From Planctomycetota bacterium (GTDB lineage: Bacteria > Planctomycetota > GCA-002687715 > DRQF01), in contig JAZGFI010000117.1 in NCBI GenBank assembly GCA_036479435.1, positions 30,615 to 94,614 of the forward strand: a stretch of DNA of 64,000 nt. Direction: 5' to 3'. Below the pieces are notes generated by a model, which saw only the letters and a list, made by a program, of their open reading frames with translations, did no database searches and was not told where the DNA came from. Position numbers and translations under genes: made by a program. Position 1 is the stretch's first letter, and each line of letters begins with the position of its first letter. This document shows positions 20,560 through 30,530 of the stretch, in pieces.

Positions 20560-21496
20560 GGGGCAAGATGGGTACGGGGACTTCGTCGAGGATCTCGCGA
20601 ACGAGGTCACTCCCTCGTTTGCCACCAACTTCGCCTTGGGCGTCGAGAAGGATGCGGTGCCCCAAGACTGAGGGCGCCACCGCCTTGATGTCATCCGGGC
20701 CGAGCCAAGTGCGCCCTTCGACGTAGGCGTAGGCCTTGGCGGCGCGGAGTAAAGAAAGGCTGCCGCGGGGGCTGACCCCCAAGGCCACGCCTTCGCGGTT
20801 TCTCGATGCCGCGGCGATCGCAACGATGTACTGGTGCATCTGCGGTCCGACCTCGAGTTTGTCGGCCGCGGCTTGAATTTGGCGGAGGCCTGCGAGGTCG
20901 GTGACGACCTCCAAGTCAGCCGGGCTAGATCCGTTGCCGTGCACTTCCAGGATTCGAATTTCGTCCTCAGGTCCGGGGTAGCCCAATTCGAGTCGCATCA
21001 AGAATCGGTCGAGTTGAGCTTCGGGGAGGGGATAGGTTCCGGCTAGCTCAACGGGGTTTTGGGTCGCGAGTACGAAAAATGGGTCGGACAGTTTTCGGCT
21101 GTGGCCTTCGACGGTGACCTGCCCCTCTTCCATGCACTCCAAAAGCGCAGCTTGGGTTCGGGGAGATGTGCGGTTTATCTCGTCTGCAAGCAAGATCTCA
21201 GTGAACACCGGACCTTCAACGAAGGAAAAGGACCGCGTCGCCGGATCGAAGACCGAAACGCCGGTGATGTCGGAAGGCAACAGATCGGGCGTGAACTGAA
21301 TTCGTTGAAAAGTCGCGCTCAGTGAACGAGCCAGCGAGCGGGCGAGAAGCGTTTTTCCTAGACCGGGTGCGTCCTCAAGCAAAAGATGGCCTCGTGCCAC
21401 CAAAGACGTTACGGCGAGTTTGACGACTTTTGGATTGCCGATGAAGACTCGCTCTACATTGGCGCATAGCCGCTCGATGACTTGATGCAAAACCAC
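20546..21496 (-). CDS. moxR: MoxR family AAA+ ATPase
   Basis: LEDAPGLGKT, RIQFTPDLLPSD, DEINR, ATQNP and LPEAQLDRF motifs. Confidence 0.93.
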   Translation of the reverse strand: MVLHQVIERLCANVERVFIGNPKVVKLAVTSLVARGHLLLEDAPGLGKTLLARSLARSLSATFQRIQFTPDLLPSDITGVSVFDPATRSFSFVEGPVFTEILLADEINRTSPRTQAALLECMEEGQVTVEGHSRKLSDPFFVLATQNPVELAGTYPLPEAQLDRFLMRLELGYPGPEDEIRILEVHGNGSSPADLEVVTDLAGLRQIQAAADKLEVGPQMHQYIVAIAAASRNREGVALGVSPRGSLSLLRAAKAYAYVEGRTWLGPDDIKAVAPSVLGHRILLDAQGEVGGKRGSDLVREILDEVPVPILPHVEA

Positions 21497-21924
21497 ACTC
21501 CCCTGGTTTTTAGGGACCTCGCGTCAGCAAGGCCTCCCTCGAAAGAATACCCGCCGACGAGAATTCAGCCAAACTGCCTTGGAAACCTGGGAAAATGCGG
21601 TGGCCTCAGTTGGCTAACGCCCTTGTGACGTCCAAGTTCAGCGAAATGGGGCAATCTTGCATCTAGAATTCGCTTGGTGCCCACTGCGCTAGTCGCCATA
21701 CTCCGCCTAAGCCCTGCCGTTGGCCCCTTTTGACTATTGCTTCAGCTGTTTTCCCGCCGCGATATTTCGGACAGATCTTGGCTTCTTCAGCCCCGAAGTC
21801 CGTGTTCGCAGTGCCCCGCAGCGGGTTCAGCGAGGGAAAGTGGCCGTTTCCGGGCCGGTGCTCTAAGACAATGCCATTGCGAAGGCGCGTGGCTTGCGAC
21901 GATTCGTCGTCTCTTTGAACTGAA

Positions 21925-22710
21925 ATGAGGAGATTGCCTGTGCGCTCATCTACTTTGATGGCTCTTGCTATTTCGATTTTTGCGGTGGGTGCTTCAGCCC
22001 AGCACATCGTCGATGTCCAGGACTTCCAATTTGTCGATTCGGTTTCTGGTACCAGCGACACCACCATTACCCTCGGTGAAACGATCGAGTTCACCTGGGT
22101 TTCTGGTTTCCACTTGCTCGAAGATGGAACGGCGCCGGGAACTCCCGGGGCAGCCAGCCTCTTTTCGGATCCGGTCGACCCTGCCAACATCTTATTCTCG
22201 TTCACGCCAACCGAAGCGGGGTGTTTCCCCTACTACTGCTTCCCCCATTTCGCATTCAACATGGTGGGTACGATCACGGTTGTGCCGGCGGTCTTGGCGG
22301 GTTCAGGCGAAGACTTGACCCTGAACATCCAAGTGAATGGTGTCGATGGCCTCATCGCTTCGCCCGGCGACTTGGTGACCATGCACTTCGAGTCTCCCTT
22401 GGGGACCTTCGACAACGAACCGGTCATCTTGGTCGCGCAGATCTATGCGAATGGAACGGCGGGGCCGGGATCACCCGGTGGATTCCCCGAAGCCCACGTC
22501 AACACCTTCGGGGCTTTTTTGATCTTTGGCGGTGATTTGAGCCCCTTTGGAACCCCCTTCGTCATGTTGCCGGGAGGCTACACTTTGGCGACGGGCGCAC
22601 CCCCGAGCTTTGTCGGCTTCATAGCCCGCATTCAGGCTTTCTCCCTGTCGGGTCTTGCCAACAACACTTTCTTTGCGACCTCTGATGCGATGGACATTCT
22701 CGTCAAGTAG
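21925..22710 (+). CDS. Secreted plastocyanin/cupredoxin-domain protein with a conserved C-terminal domain
   Basis: Signal peptide; type-1 Cu ligands H...YYCFPHFAFNM. Start uncertain. Confidence 0.8.
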   Translation: MRRLPVRSSTLMALAISIFAVGASAQHIVDVQDFQFVDSVSGTSDTTITLGETIEFTWVSGFHLLEDGTAPGTPGAASLFSDPVDPANILFSFTPTEAGCFPYYCFPHFAFNMVGTITVVPAVLAGSGEDLTLNIQVNGVDGLIASPGDLVTMHFESPLGTFDNEPVILVAQIYANGTAGPGSPGGFPEAHVNTFGAFLIFGGDLSPFGTPFVMLPGGYTLATGAPPSFVGFIARIQAFSLSGLANNTFFATSDAMDILVK

Positions 22711-22735
22711 TTCGCTTGCACTCAACAGCCATGTC

Positions 22736-22767
22736 AAATGGGCGTCCACCCTCGTGGACGCCCATTT
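22736..22767. terminator. Bidirectional terminator
   Basis: AAATGGGCGTCCAC-CCTC-GTGGACGCCCATTT perfect 14-bp stem between convergent genes. Confidence 0.8.
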
Positions 22768-22781
22768 TGTCTTGCTGTCTT

Positions 22782-23021
22782 TTAGCTCGAACTTCGTTCC
22801 GCAATCTCGGCTACTAAGCTCGCTTCATCGGGGAAGGTCCCCGTCTCCAAGCGGCTGTAAACCAGATCCTCATCGACGAAGACTTCAAAGCGCCCGTCCG
22901 CATAGGGAACTAACGACAGGCTCTCCATCCGAGTCTTGAGGCGCACCGCAATCTTGTCCGTCAAACTGACGGCTTTCGGCTCAAAATTTCAAGCTGAGCA
23001 ATACTCAATCCGAATCTGCAT
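22782..23021 (-). CDS. SelW/SelT/SelH (Rdx) family selenoprotein, CxxU, 79 aa
   Basis: MQIRIEYCSA-U-NFEPKA with TGA at 22989-22991, then GRFEVFVDEDLVYSR...FPD. Hairpin CCGTCA-GTT-TGACGG 16 nt after the UGA. Confidence 0.9.
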
Positions 23022-23159
23022 TCTCTAATCCCCTTCGCAAGAACAAGTCGCCCCCTCATCTTGTTGAGGAGAGCCTTTTTCCGCTTGCTTTCGCCACACT
23101 GCATCTGACCTTTGTAGCAGTTGATCGAAAAGGTGTCGACTGGCACCGGAGCCGAGGGT

Positions 23160-23501
23160 TTACTCGTCTTCGACATGTCCCCGCAAACGACTGATTGCGG
23201 CATCCCATTGGGCGTCGATACGATCCAGGTAGCGCCGCGCGGTTGCCAGTCCGCTGGGGTCGAGCTGCCAGATATGCTCGCGACCATGGCGCGAGCTACG
23301 AACGAGGCCAGCGTCGCCAAGGATACGCAGATGCTTCGTAATGGCTTGGCGTGAGACATTGGAGCCTTCGCTCAAGCTCGAGATAGACTCTGGTCCCGAC
23401 GTCGTCAGGTGGACGACGAGGCTGAGGCGGGTTGGATCACCCATCGCGGAAAACAGCGGGGCCGCGCTGCGGATACTGGCCGCTGTGAAACGACTAACCA
23501 T
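23160..23501 (-). CDS. ArsR/SmtB family transcriptional regulator
   Basis: FSAMGDPTR, SRQAITKHLRIL and GLV...GRE motifs. Confidence 0.88.
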   Translation of the reverse strand: MVSRFTAASIRSAAPLFSAMGDPTRLSLVVHLTTSGPESISSLSEGSNVSRQAITKHLRILGDAGLVRSSRHGREHIWQLDPSGLATARRYLDRIDAQWDAAISRLRGHVEDE

Positions 23502-23949
23502 CGACGTGCTTCGTGACGTTTTTGACCTGTTGTTTCCATCCGCCTTCGTTGCGCTGGAATGACTCGTCACGTCGGTCTTTTGGCAGCGCATCAAATCCAG
23601 ATTCGGTGATCGTCAATCGCGTCCCTTCGCCTTCATCCTCGAGTCGAAACTCGACCAATGTGCTCGGCGCCTGGGACCGATCGATACCGGAGTCGATCTC
23701 GTAAGGGTGCCACCGAAACGAAAAAAGCAGCTCGGGTTCCAGCTCTTCGATCGAGGCTTCAATCTCAGCGGCCTTGCAGTCTTCATGCGTGCTGCGCCCC
23801 TTGATTGATTCTCCAAGGCGAAATGGGCCTTCGAACTCAACTTGAAACCACTTGCCAAGTTCGCTGGAATCCGCGATGGCCCGCCATACCCGGGCACGGG
23901 ATGCGCGGAGAGAAACGACTTTTTGAATCTGATCGCTGCTTGTATTCAT
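23494..23949 (-). CDS. SRPBCC/AHSA1 domain protein
   Basis: RVWRAI, FSFRWHP, TLVEFRL, GTRLTITESGF and GGW motifs; AGGAG RBS. Confidence 0.88.
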   Translation of the reverse strand: MNTSSDQIQKVVSLRASRARVWRAIADSSELGKWFQVEFEGPFRLGESIKGRSTHEDCKAAEIEASIEELEPELLFSFRWHPYEIDSGIDRSQAPSTLVEFRLEDEGEGTRLTITESGFDALPKDRRDESFQRNEGGWKQQVKNVTKHVDG

Positions 23950-23952
23950 GAT

Positions 23953-24016
23953 ATGCAATCTCCTGGTTGCGTGTTTGTAGCTGGGGCTTCAGGAAAGAGC
24001 AACCATTAGATTGCAT
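23953..24016. promoter_or_regulatory. Two palindromic operators, probably for ArsR autoregulation
   Basis: ATGCAATCtcctGGTTGC and GCAACCattaGATTGCAT are 16/18 identical as inverted copies; the first overlaps the RBS. Confidence 0.7.
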
Positions 24017-24140
24017 TTATTCCGGCGCGAGTGTTTCTTCGGATTCGCGTCGGAGAGGCGGGTGAAGGAGAGCTGGCGCGATTAAGTGGGAGAAAGACGT
24101 CTGACGCCGTTAAACCGGTTGCTGAACTGGCCCGAGGAGC

Positions 24141-24584
24141 TTAGGACGGAAGCGGAGGCCAGTTGGCTTGGTTGGCGTGCATTTCCATGCTGTAGGCGGG
24201 GCGGTGGTGGTAGTCGCCGCCGGTCTTGACGGCCCAGGCTCGTTCGGCGACGAAAAGGAGCTCGTCGAAGTCTAGGCCGCTGGGCATGAGTTCAGGGGTC
24301 TCTTTGACGGAATTGTAGGCGTCCTCGCCGTTCGCGATGACGCAGCAGCGGGCGTAGAGGAAAAGATCTTCGTATTGGCCGGAAACGCCGGCGGCCTCAG
24401 CGTAGGCCGCACCGTCGAGTTGGTAGAGTTTCTCGCTGAGCAAGTCATCGAAAGCCATGATGTCGGCGGTCGATTTCATCAAGAGGGCATCGACGACGGG
24501 GCGGATGACGCCAAATTCCTCGTCGGCTTCGAGTCGGCTCCAGTCGAGGAGCTGAATGACATCCCAGAATTCTTGCTCGGTCAC
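24141..24584 (-). CDS. DUF4240 domain protein
   Basis: EFWDVI, DLFLYARCCVIANG and FDELLFVAERAW motifs. Confidence 0.75.
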   Translation of the reverse strand: MTEQEFWDVIQLLDWSRLEADEEFGVIRPVVDALLMKSTADIMAFDDLLSEKLYQLDGAAYAEAAGVSGQYEDLFLYARCCVIANGEDAYNSVKETPELMPSGLDFDELLFVAERAWAVKTGGDYHHRPAYSMEMHANQANWPPLPS

Positions 24585-24622
24585 GGCTAAGCTACCCCTT
24601 GTCACCCGCGAGGAAAAAGACG

Positions 24623-25501
24623 GTGATTCACTACGACGAACCACTCTACCGCCCTCCGTCCGAGGGAGACAACCTCATCCTTCAGGCAACTTTGGGCTGT
24701 AGCTTCAACCGCTGTAGCTTTTGCTCGATGTACCGCAGCAAAGTCTACCGTGAACGGCCCTTGGAAACGGTCTTAGCCGAAGCGAAGTGGGCGGCGGCGC
24801 AGTTTCCTAAGACTCGAAAGATCTTTCTTGCGGATGGCGATGCCTGGACTTTGCCCACCGACTATCTGCTGGAGTTGCTGAGGGAGTTGGGATCGCTGTT
24901 CCCCGACCTTATGCGTGTGTCCGCCTACGCCTGGCCCTTGGCGCTGCGAAAAAAGACAGATAGGGAGCTGGCGCAACTCAGCCAACTAAAACTGAATTTG
25001 GCCTATGTCGGAGTCGAGACCGGATCGGCGGCCTTACTGAAAAAGATCACCAAGGGTTCATCTCCCGAGATCCACGCGGAGGCTATCGAGAGATTTCGCG
25101 AGGCGGGAGTCAAGGTGTCGGCCACGGTCATTTTGGGTCTGGGAGGAAAGACCCACTGGAAGGAGCACATCGACGAGACGGTGGAACTTATTGAAAAAGC
25201 TCCGCCGCGTTTCGTGTCAACGCTTCAGCTGGGCCTCAGCCCCGAGATCGAAGACGAGTTCTACCGGAAGTTCAAAGAGCCTTTTCAGCCGCAGGACGAC
25301 TTGGGAATGCTCGTTGAGCAGCAGCGTTTTTTGAGCCTTCTCAATCCGCCGCGGCCCGTCATCTTTCGATCCAACCACGCTTCTAACTCGCTCGCCTTGG
25401 CGGGTGTGCTCCCCAAGGACTCGGCGCGCTTGGTCAAAGAAGTTGAGGAAGCGCTGATGGGGCAGCGTCGTTTACGGCCGCGCAATCTTCGGGGCTATTG
25501 A
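24623..25501 (+). CDS. Radical SAM protein
   Basis: YRPPSE, GCSFNRCSFCSMY, FLADGDA, GVETG and FRSNHASN motifs. Confidence 0.88.
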   Translation: MIHYDEPLYRPPSEGDNLILQATLGCSFNRCSFCSMYRSKVYRERPLETVLAEAKWAAAQFPKTRKIFLADGDAWTLPTDYLLELLRELGSLFPDLMRVSAYAWPLALRKKTDRELAQLSQLKLNLAYVGVETGSAALLKKITKGSSPEIHAEAIERFREAGVKVSATVILGLGGKTHWKEHIDETVELIEKAPPRFVSTLQLGLSPEIEDEFYRKFKEPFQPQDDLGMLVEQQRFLSLLNPPRPVIFRSNHASNSLALAGVLPKDSARLVKEVEEALMGQRRLRPRNLRGY

Positions 25502-25647
25502 GGTCTTTGCCTGATAAGATGCTGTCGCTTGGTGCAGGAGTTTGGGGCGACGCCCCCGACGAACCTGATTTGCTACGGGGCGTTGAGAGCGTCCCCCAAC
25601 GAGAGTTGTTCATGCATCTGCCGCAGTCCAGTGCTCTTAGACCCTTG

Positions 25648-27150
25648 ATGACCAAAGTCCGGCAAGGCGGGATTTTTGGGTCTTCGACTTTGGTCTTGCT
25701 GTTGTTGACGGCGCCGGCTTTGGCCGCGGACCAAGAAACATGGCTTCGGTTCGGTGGCCGCCTTCACCCGCTCATCGTCCATTTTCCGATCGCTTTGATC
25801 TCGGTCGCGGGGATTTGTGAACTCTGGGCAATGCTGCGGAGTCGCTCGCTTTCTCCAATGGCGCTTTCCTGTCTCGGTTTTGCCTGGGTGTTTGGGGCCT
25901 TAGCGGCGGGGGCGGGCTGGTTGTACGCCGAACATGAAGGGGTATCGGACTCACTGGCTGACACTCTTTATTGGCATCGTTGGGGGGGCATCGCGGTCAT
26001 CGGTCTCAGCCTTGTGGTCTGGGTCGTCGGTCTTGTCGCGAGAAAAAGGCAGCAGTCTGCGGTCTTTTTTCGGATTGGTCTGTTTGCGGCGGTGCTCGGG
26101 GTTGCCTGGATTGGCCATCTTGGCGGCGACATGACGCGCGGCGACGACTATCTGTTTGAGTTGTTCGATGAGCCTGAAGATGGCATGAGCGACGACGTAA
26201 CGAACGTTGCCAACACCTTTGATCCTCTGGCGAGGGCCGGTACGGCGCTCATTGATGAAGGGGGAAATGCTGCGGGCGCGGCCTTGCCGGTGAATTACGA
26301 AAATCAGGTCAAGCCCATCTTCGCTCGTCACTGTTTCAAATGTCACGGCCCAAAAAAGCGTAAAGGGAACTTGCGCCTCGACAGCAAAAAGCAGCTCTTT
26401 CACACCGCCAAGGGCAAGTGGGTGGTCAAACCCGGCCACGCCGATAATAGTTTGCTGATCCGACGACTTGAGCTTCCGGTGACGCATCGAAAGTTCATGC
26501 CCAAAAAAACCGGCAAGAGGATTCCGGCGGACGAAATCGCCTTGCTGCGTCGTTGGATTAACGAAGGGGCAAGATACGCACCGGGTACGGTCGTTCAGAC
26601 ACCAAAGGTGGTGCCCGGGAGTGGTACCGGTGAGAAGAAACCCGAAGCCACTAAGTTGCGGCGAACGCCAGCCATTGACCAACAGCTTGCCGCCTTGCGG
26701 GAACAAGGAGTGGCGATTCAGTATGTTGCGGCCGCGGAAGCTGAAGTCGACGCCAACTTTTCGGTGATGGCGAGCCGATTTAGCGTTGAAGATTTGAAGG
26801 GCCTTGCGGGTCTAGAGGATCGCTTGCTGCGGCTTGACCTGAAAAAGACGAACTTGGATGACGCTGGCTTGGCCTTGCTCGCGGGGTTCGAACGCCTGGA
26901 ATACCTGAATCTGTCGGAAACGAAAATCAGCGATGAGGGTCTATCCGCGCTTTCGAAGATGAAGAAACTGAAGTCACTCAACCTATGGGGAACCGCGATC
27001 AGCGATGCAGGCTTAAGGCATCTCGAAGGCTTGACAGCGCTTCGCAGTTTGTACTTGTGGAAATCGAAAGCCACGCCGCAGGGCGCGAAGGCGCTCCAAG
27101 CAACACTCGGTGATCTGAAGATCGACATGGGTGGCGCACTGAAGCGCTAA
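25648..27150 (+). CDS. DUF2231-like membrane domain + planctomycete-type cytochrome c + LRR protein
   Basis: HPLIVHFPI, CFKCH heme motif, MP...WINEGA, LxxLxLxxTxIxDxGL repeats. Start uncertain. Confidence 0.8.
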   Translation: MTKVRQGGIFGSSTLVLLLLTAPALAADQETWLRFGGRLHPLIVHFPIALISVAGICELWAMLRSRSLSPMALSCLGFAWVFGALAAGAGWLYAEHEGVSDSLADTLYWHRWGGIAVIGLSLVVWVVGLVARKRQQSAVFFRIGLFAAVLGVAWIGHLGGDMTRGDDYLFELFDEPEDGMSDDVTNVANTFDPLARAGTALIDEGGNAAGAALPVNYENQVKPIFARHCFKCHGPKKRKGNLRLDSKKQLFHTAKGKWVVKPGHADNSLLIRRLELPVTHRKFMPKKTGKRIPADEIALLRRWINEGARYAPGTVVQTPKVVPGSGTGEKKPEATKLRRTPAIDQQLAALREQGVAIQYVAAAEAEVDANFSVMASRFSVEDLKGLAGLEDRLLRLDLKKTNLDDAGLALLAGFERLEYLNLSETKISDEGLSALSKMKKLKSLNLWGTAISDAGLRHLEGLTALRSLYLWKSKATPQGAKALQATLGDLKIDMGGALKR

Positions 27151-27199
27151 GCCAATTTGACCCGCTCATCCTGTCAGTTCCCTTGATGCGCGGAGCGTG

Positions 27200-28780
27200 T
27201 CAATTCCACACAAACTTTTCCGCCGCCGCGCGCGCATGGAGTTCCTTGCGAAGCGCATCCGCAGTTCGTTCGTCGAGTTCATCCATCGTCAAGGGAATGG
27301 AGGCTCCGCCGCCGGCGGCGGTATCGACATAAACACTGGCGAGTCGCCAGCGGCGATCGAAGTAAGATTGCTGCACTTCAATCGTTTGGATTCGCGAGTA
27401 GGGCACGATGCCGGTCGTGACGCGAGGCCAACCTTGGCGGACCCAGAGACCTGCGTCTTCCAGTTTCCAACCAAAGTTACGGTGCTGCATGATGGCTTGG
27501 AGCACGCCGAAGAACCACAAGACGGGAAGCGCCAACATGACCCAGGGCGTACTCCACCAAGCGACGGCGGCAACCAAAAACAAAGGCAGGATGATGCGTT
27601 TGCGTAACTGGCGGCGCCGTCGGCGCTTGGGTGCGGGTTTGAAGGGTGCTGGCTGCTCGACGACGAGATCCGGGGCGAGGGCTTGAAGCAGCGGCCGGAA
27701 CTCAGGCTCTTTCGCCAAAGGGACCAAAGGCGTCCTGCCAATACCCTCCTTGCCGTCGTTGGCACCCGCGGTCTGAGCCCTCAACTCGAAGCGTCCGAAG
27801 TAACGTTGAATGAGTCCCGCTCGCCGACCCAATACTTGGATACGTCGACGAGGAATCGTGCCGCTTCGGCGAGTCGTGAGCCCAAACTGAAAACGCAAAT
27901 CGTCGCCGTGTTTGACGAGCTGGAATCCACCGTAGCGAAAGACGATCAGGATGGCGGAGAGCAACTTCAGGATGATGAAGCCAAAAATGCCAAAAGCAGA
28001 GTAGAGAAAGCCCTTTTGCCAGGGGCTCATCTCGCTGCGGTCTTCCCAACCGTGGTCGATTAGCGACATGACGTGATCGGCGATCCACTGCTCGTAGTCG
28101 ACTCCACTCTGGGCGGCCAAGCCGAATGCCGCCGCGAAGGCGGCGAAGGCGGCATTGGACAAAAGACCCATAAACAACAGGTCACCCAGGCTCAACTTGA
28201 CGAGAGTGTCAACCGACTCGTCGCTTGAGGTTGAAGTTGGGGTTGTGAGTGAACTCGCCGCCACCGGCTCGGTGGCGAGCTGGGCTTGGTCCGACTCGGT
28301 CTTGGAGTCTTGAGCTTGTTTGTGCGCAAAGACTCGACTGCGAATGGCTGCGACTTGGTCCAAACCCAAGACATTCATTTCCGCTTCCGGGTCTTCGCCG
28401 CTCGCGGTCTCAAGCTGCACCTTGGCCACTCGAACCATGCGGTGAAAGGGATTTTGAACCAGGTTGATGTTTTGGATGCGGGCGTAGGGGATGTGGCGCT
28501 CGACGCGATTAAAGATTCCCGACTTGGTAATCAACTCAAATTCGGCGAGGCGGTAACGAAAGGACAAGAATCTCACCACGACCCAGGCGGCCGAAGGCAA
28601 AAAGAGGAGCATCGCGAACAATTCCCAGCGATTGTCGCTCGCGAGGAAAAACACGGCAAGGCCTGGGACAATATAAGACTTGGCTTGGCCCCCGATTCCA
28701 AAGATCAAAGAACTGGGGTGGAGCCGGTGAAACTCGTCCGCGTCAGTCTTCATCTGGGACGCTTTCTTCGTGCCCTTCAT
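27200..28780 (-). CDS. Bacterial PH-domain membrane protein (YdbT-like)
   Basis: Three bPH_2 repeats (IPYARIQ, IPRRRIQ, VPYSRIQ) separated by TMs. Confidence 0.85.
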   Translation of the reverse strand: MKGTKKASQMKTDADEFHRLHPSSLIFGIGGQAKSYIVPGLAVFFLASDNRWELFAMLLFLPSAAWVVVRFLSFRYRLAEFELITKSGIFNRVERHIPYARIQNINLVQNPFHRMVRVAKVQLETASGEDPEAEMNVLGLDQVAAIRSRVFAHKQAQDSKTESDQAQLATEPVAASSLTTPTSTSSDESVDTLVKLSLGDLLFMGLLSNAAFAAFAAAFGLAAQSGVDYEQWIADHVMSLIDHGWEDRSEMSPWQKGFLYSAFGIFGFIILKLLSAILIVFRYGGFQLVKHGDDLRFQFGLTTRRSGTIPRRRIQVLGRRAGLIQRYFGRFELRAQTAGANDGKEGIGRTPLVPLAKEPEFRPLLQALAPDLVVEQPAPFKPAPKRRRRRQLRKRIILPLFLVAAVAWWSTPWVMLALPVLWFFGVLQAIMQHRNFGWKLEDAGLWVRQGWPRVTTGIVPYSRIQTIEVQQSYFDRRWRLASVYVDTAAGGGASIPLTMDELDERTADALRKELHARAAAEKFVWN

Positions 28781-29342
28781 TGAGGAGATAATCGCGAAGG
28801 GCGTAGGCCGTATCGGATTCGAGACCGTCTAACCTCACCTCATGGGATGCTGATCCCGCGGTATGCATGACGAAGGTCGCGAGGCCAAAATGGCGCTGCA
28901 ACGGTCCCTGAGTGACCTCGGTGTGTTGGATGCGTGTACGCGGCACGGTGATGACCCTGCGGTGCAAAACCCCCCGCTTGATCTCAACGCCGGTGGCGTC
29001 GACGCGGTAGCGGCGTCGAGCCCAATCCAGGGGCGGCCAAATCCATCCCAGCACGGCGCGGGTCACGATTAGCAAGGGGGCAAAAAGCACGCCCCATTTC
29101 CAGGCTCCGACATCGGCGTTGTCGGAGGCGAAGGACCAAAAGATGACGGCGACCGGGATCAGCATCGCGGCGAAAACTAGCACTCCGATGGCGGAACTCA
29201 TCCTCTTTGCCGGAATCCACTCCTTTGGCAGCTTCGTCGCTTTTCGAGTTGGGAACTGACTGCCCTCGGTTTTGGGATCCGTCTGTGAAATGACCGTGTT
29301 GAAGATCGGGGCGAAATCTTCGGGAGACTCAGGGTTCGCCAA
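28743..29342 (-). CDS. Bacterial PH-domain membrane protein (YdbS-like)
   Basis: Two TMs; VPRTRIQHTEVTQGPLQRHFGLAT...TAG. Confidence 0.85.
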   Translation of the reverse strand: MANPESPEDFAPIFNTVISQTDPKTEGSQFPTRKATKLPKEWIPAKRMSSAIGVLVFAAMLIPVAVIFWSFASDNADVGAWKWGVLFAPLLIVTRAVLGWIWPPLDWARRRYRVDATGVEIKRGVLHRRVITVPRTRIQHTEVTQGPLQRHFGLATFVMHTAGSASHEVRLDGLESDTAYALRDYLLNEGHEESVPDED

Positions 29343-29344
29343 GG

Positions 29345-30454
29345 CTAAAGCTTTCCGATCTTTTTGGGTTTTGTGGGCCGCGCCAGTCGCGGCCGAGCCC
29401 AGTGTTTCTCGATGACCCGGGTTACCGCCGGGGCGGTGTGATCAAAATTACTGGGCCGCCTTCGACCGGGGAAGCACTTCCAAAGATAGGCACCTTTGAT
29501 GTACTTCGACTTCGCGAGAGCTTCGAGAGCCACGTCTAGGCAAAGGGTCTGAATGGATTCGGCCGCGAGGCCGTCTGAGTTGTGCTCCCAGGGGCGGTAG
29601 GGCGCATTGAAACTGCGGTTGTATCCCAACTCCGTGAGCAAGATCGGCTTGCCCTGTTTTTTGCCTTCGGCATCCAATTGGCGAATCAAATCTTGCCAGC
29701 CCTTGGTCAACGCTTGGCGGGTGGGGTTCTTTTTGCTTTGGGTTTCGGCGACGATGGGGAAGTAGGACTGAATGCCGATCGCGTCGAGGTCTTTCCAAAA
29801 AGTGACACGCTTGTAATCGGTCCAGTTCGCGGCGTAAGTGATGCGGCCGCGGTAGACTTTTCGAACGCGAGCAATGATGCGTCGCCAGTCCGCGTGGTAC
29901 TGGATGGTCTGATCGAGTTCGGTGCCCACGACGAAGACGTCGGCGCCCGTCGACATGGCTGCGATCTTGACGATCCAATCTTCGTAGTCGCGAAAAAACC
30001 GCCGCCATTCTTTTTTGCTGGTAAAGCGGATGGCACCGCGCCACTTGAATCCAGAACCCCAATAGGCAATGTGGGGCTTCATCATGATCTTCATGCCGAG
30101 CTTTTTGGCTTCGGCAATAGGGCGGGTGATCCAGATCGGTGGATTTTTGGGATCGTTGAAGCTGCGGTTGTTGACGCGACCGTTTTTGTAGATGCGAGCG
30201 TAGGGATGAATCTGAATCGCGTTGACCCCGCTGGCGCGCAGAGATTTCATGCGAGTGACCATCGCATCGGTGCCCCAGATGCGCCCGGAGCCGGGGCAAG
30301 AGATCACCATCCCGCGCTCAAAGGTCGTGGTCTTGTCTCGCGGCAATCTCAGGCTTGTGCTGGGAGCTTGGGCGAATATCGGACCTGCCGTTAAGGCCAG
30401 AAAAACGGCTGCGAAAAGTCTGGTTGTTGCCGGTGGCAAGGTCGGGTTCCACAT
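29345..30454 (-). CDS. Secreted glycoside hydrolase, GH113-like TIM barrel
   Basis: MMKPHI, VGTEL, TYAANW, LDAIGIQSYFP and LTELGY motifs; signal peptide. Confidence 0.8.
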   Translation of the reverse strand: MWNPTLPPATTRLFAAVFLALTAGPIFAQAPSTSLRLPRDKTTTFERGMVISCPGSGRIWGTDAMVTRMKSLRASGVNAIQIHPYARIYKNGRVNNRSFNDPKNPPIWITRPIAEAKKLGMKIMMKPHIAYWGSGFKWRGAIRFTSKKEWRRFFRDYEDWIVKIAAMSTGADVFVVGTELDQTIQYHADWRRIIARVRKVYRGRITYAANWTDYKRVTFWKDLDAIGIQSYFPIVAETQSKKNPTRQALTKGWQDLIRQLDAEGKKQGKPILLTELGYNRSFNAPYRPWEHNSDGLAAESIQTLCLDVALEALAKSKYIKGAYLWKCFPGRRRPSNFDHTAPAVTRVIEKHWARPRLARPTKPKKIGKL

Positions 30455-30530
30455 GGGTTCAGAATAGCTTTCCGCGGGGTCCCTGCAATCCGAATCGAGA
30501 ATCCTCGCCCTGGACCGGCCGCGCCGGGGC

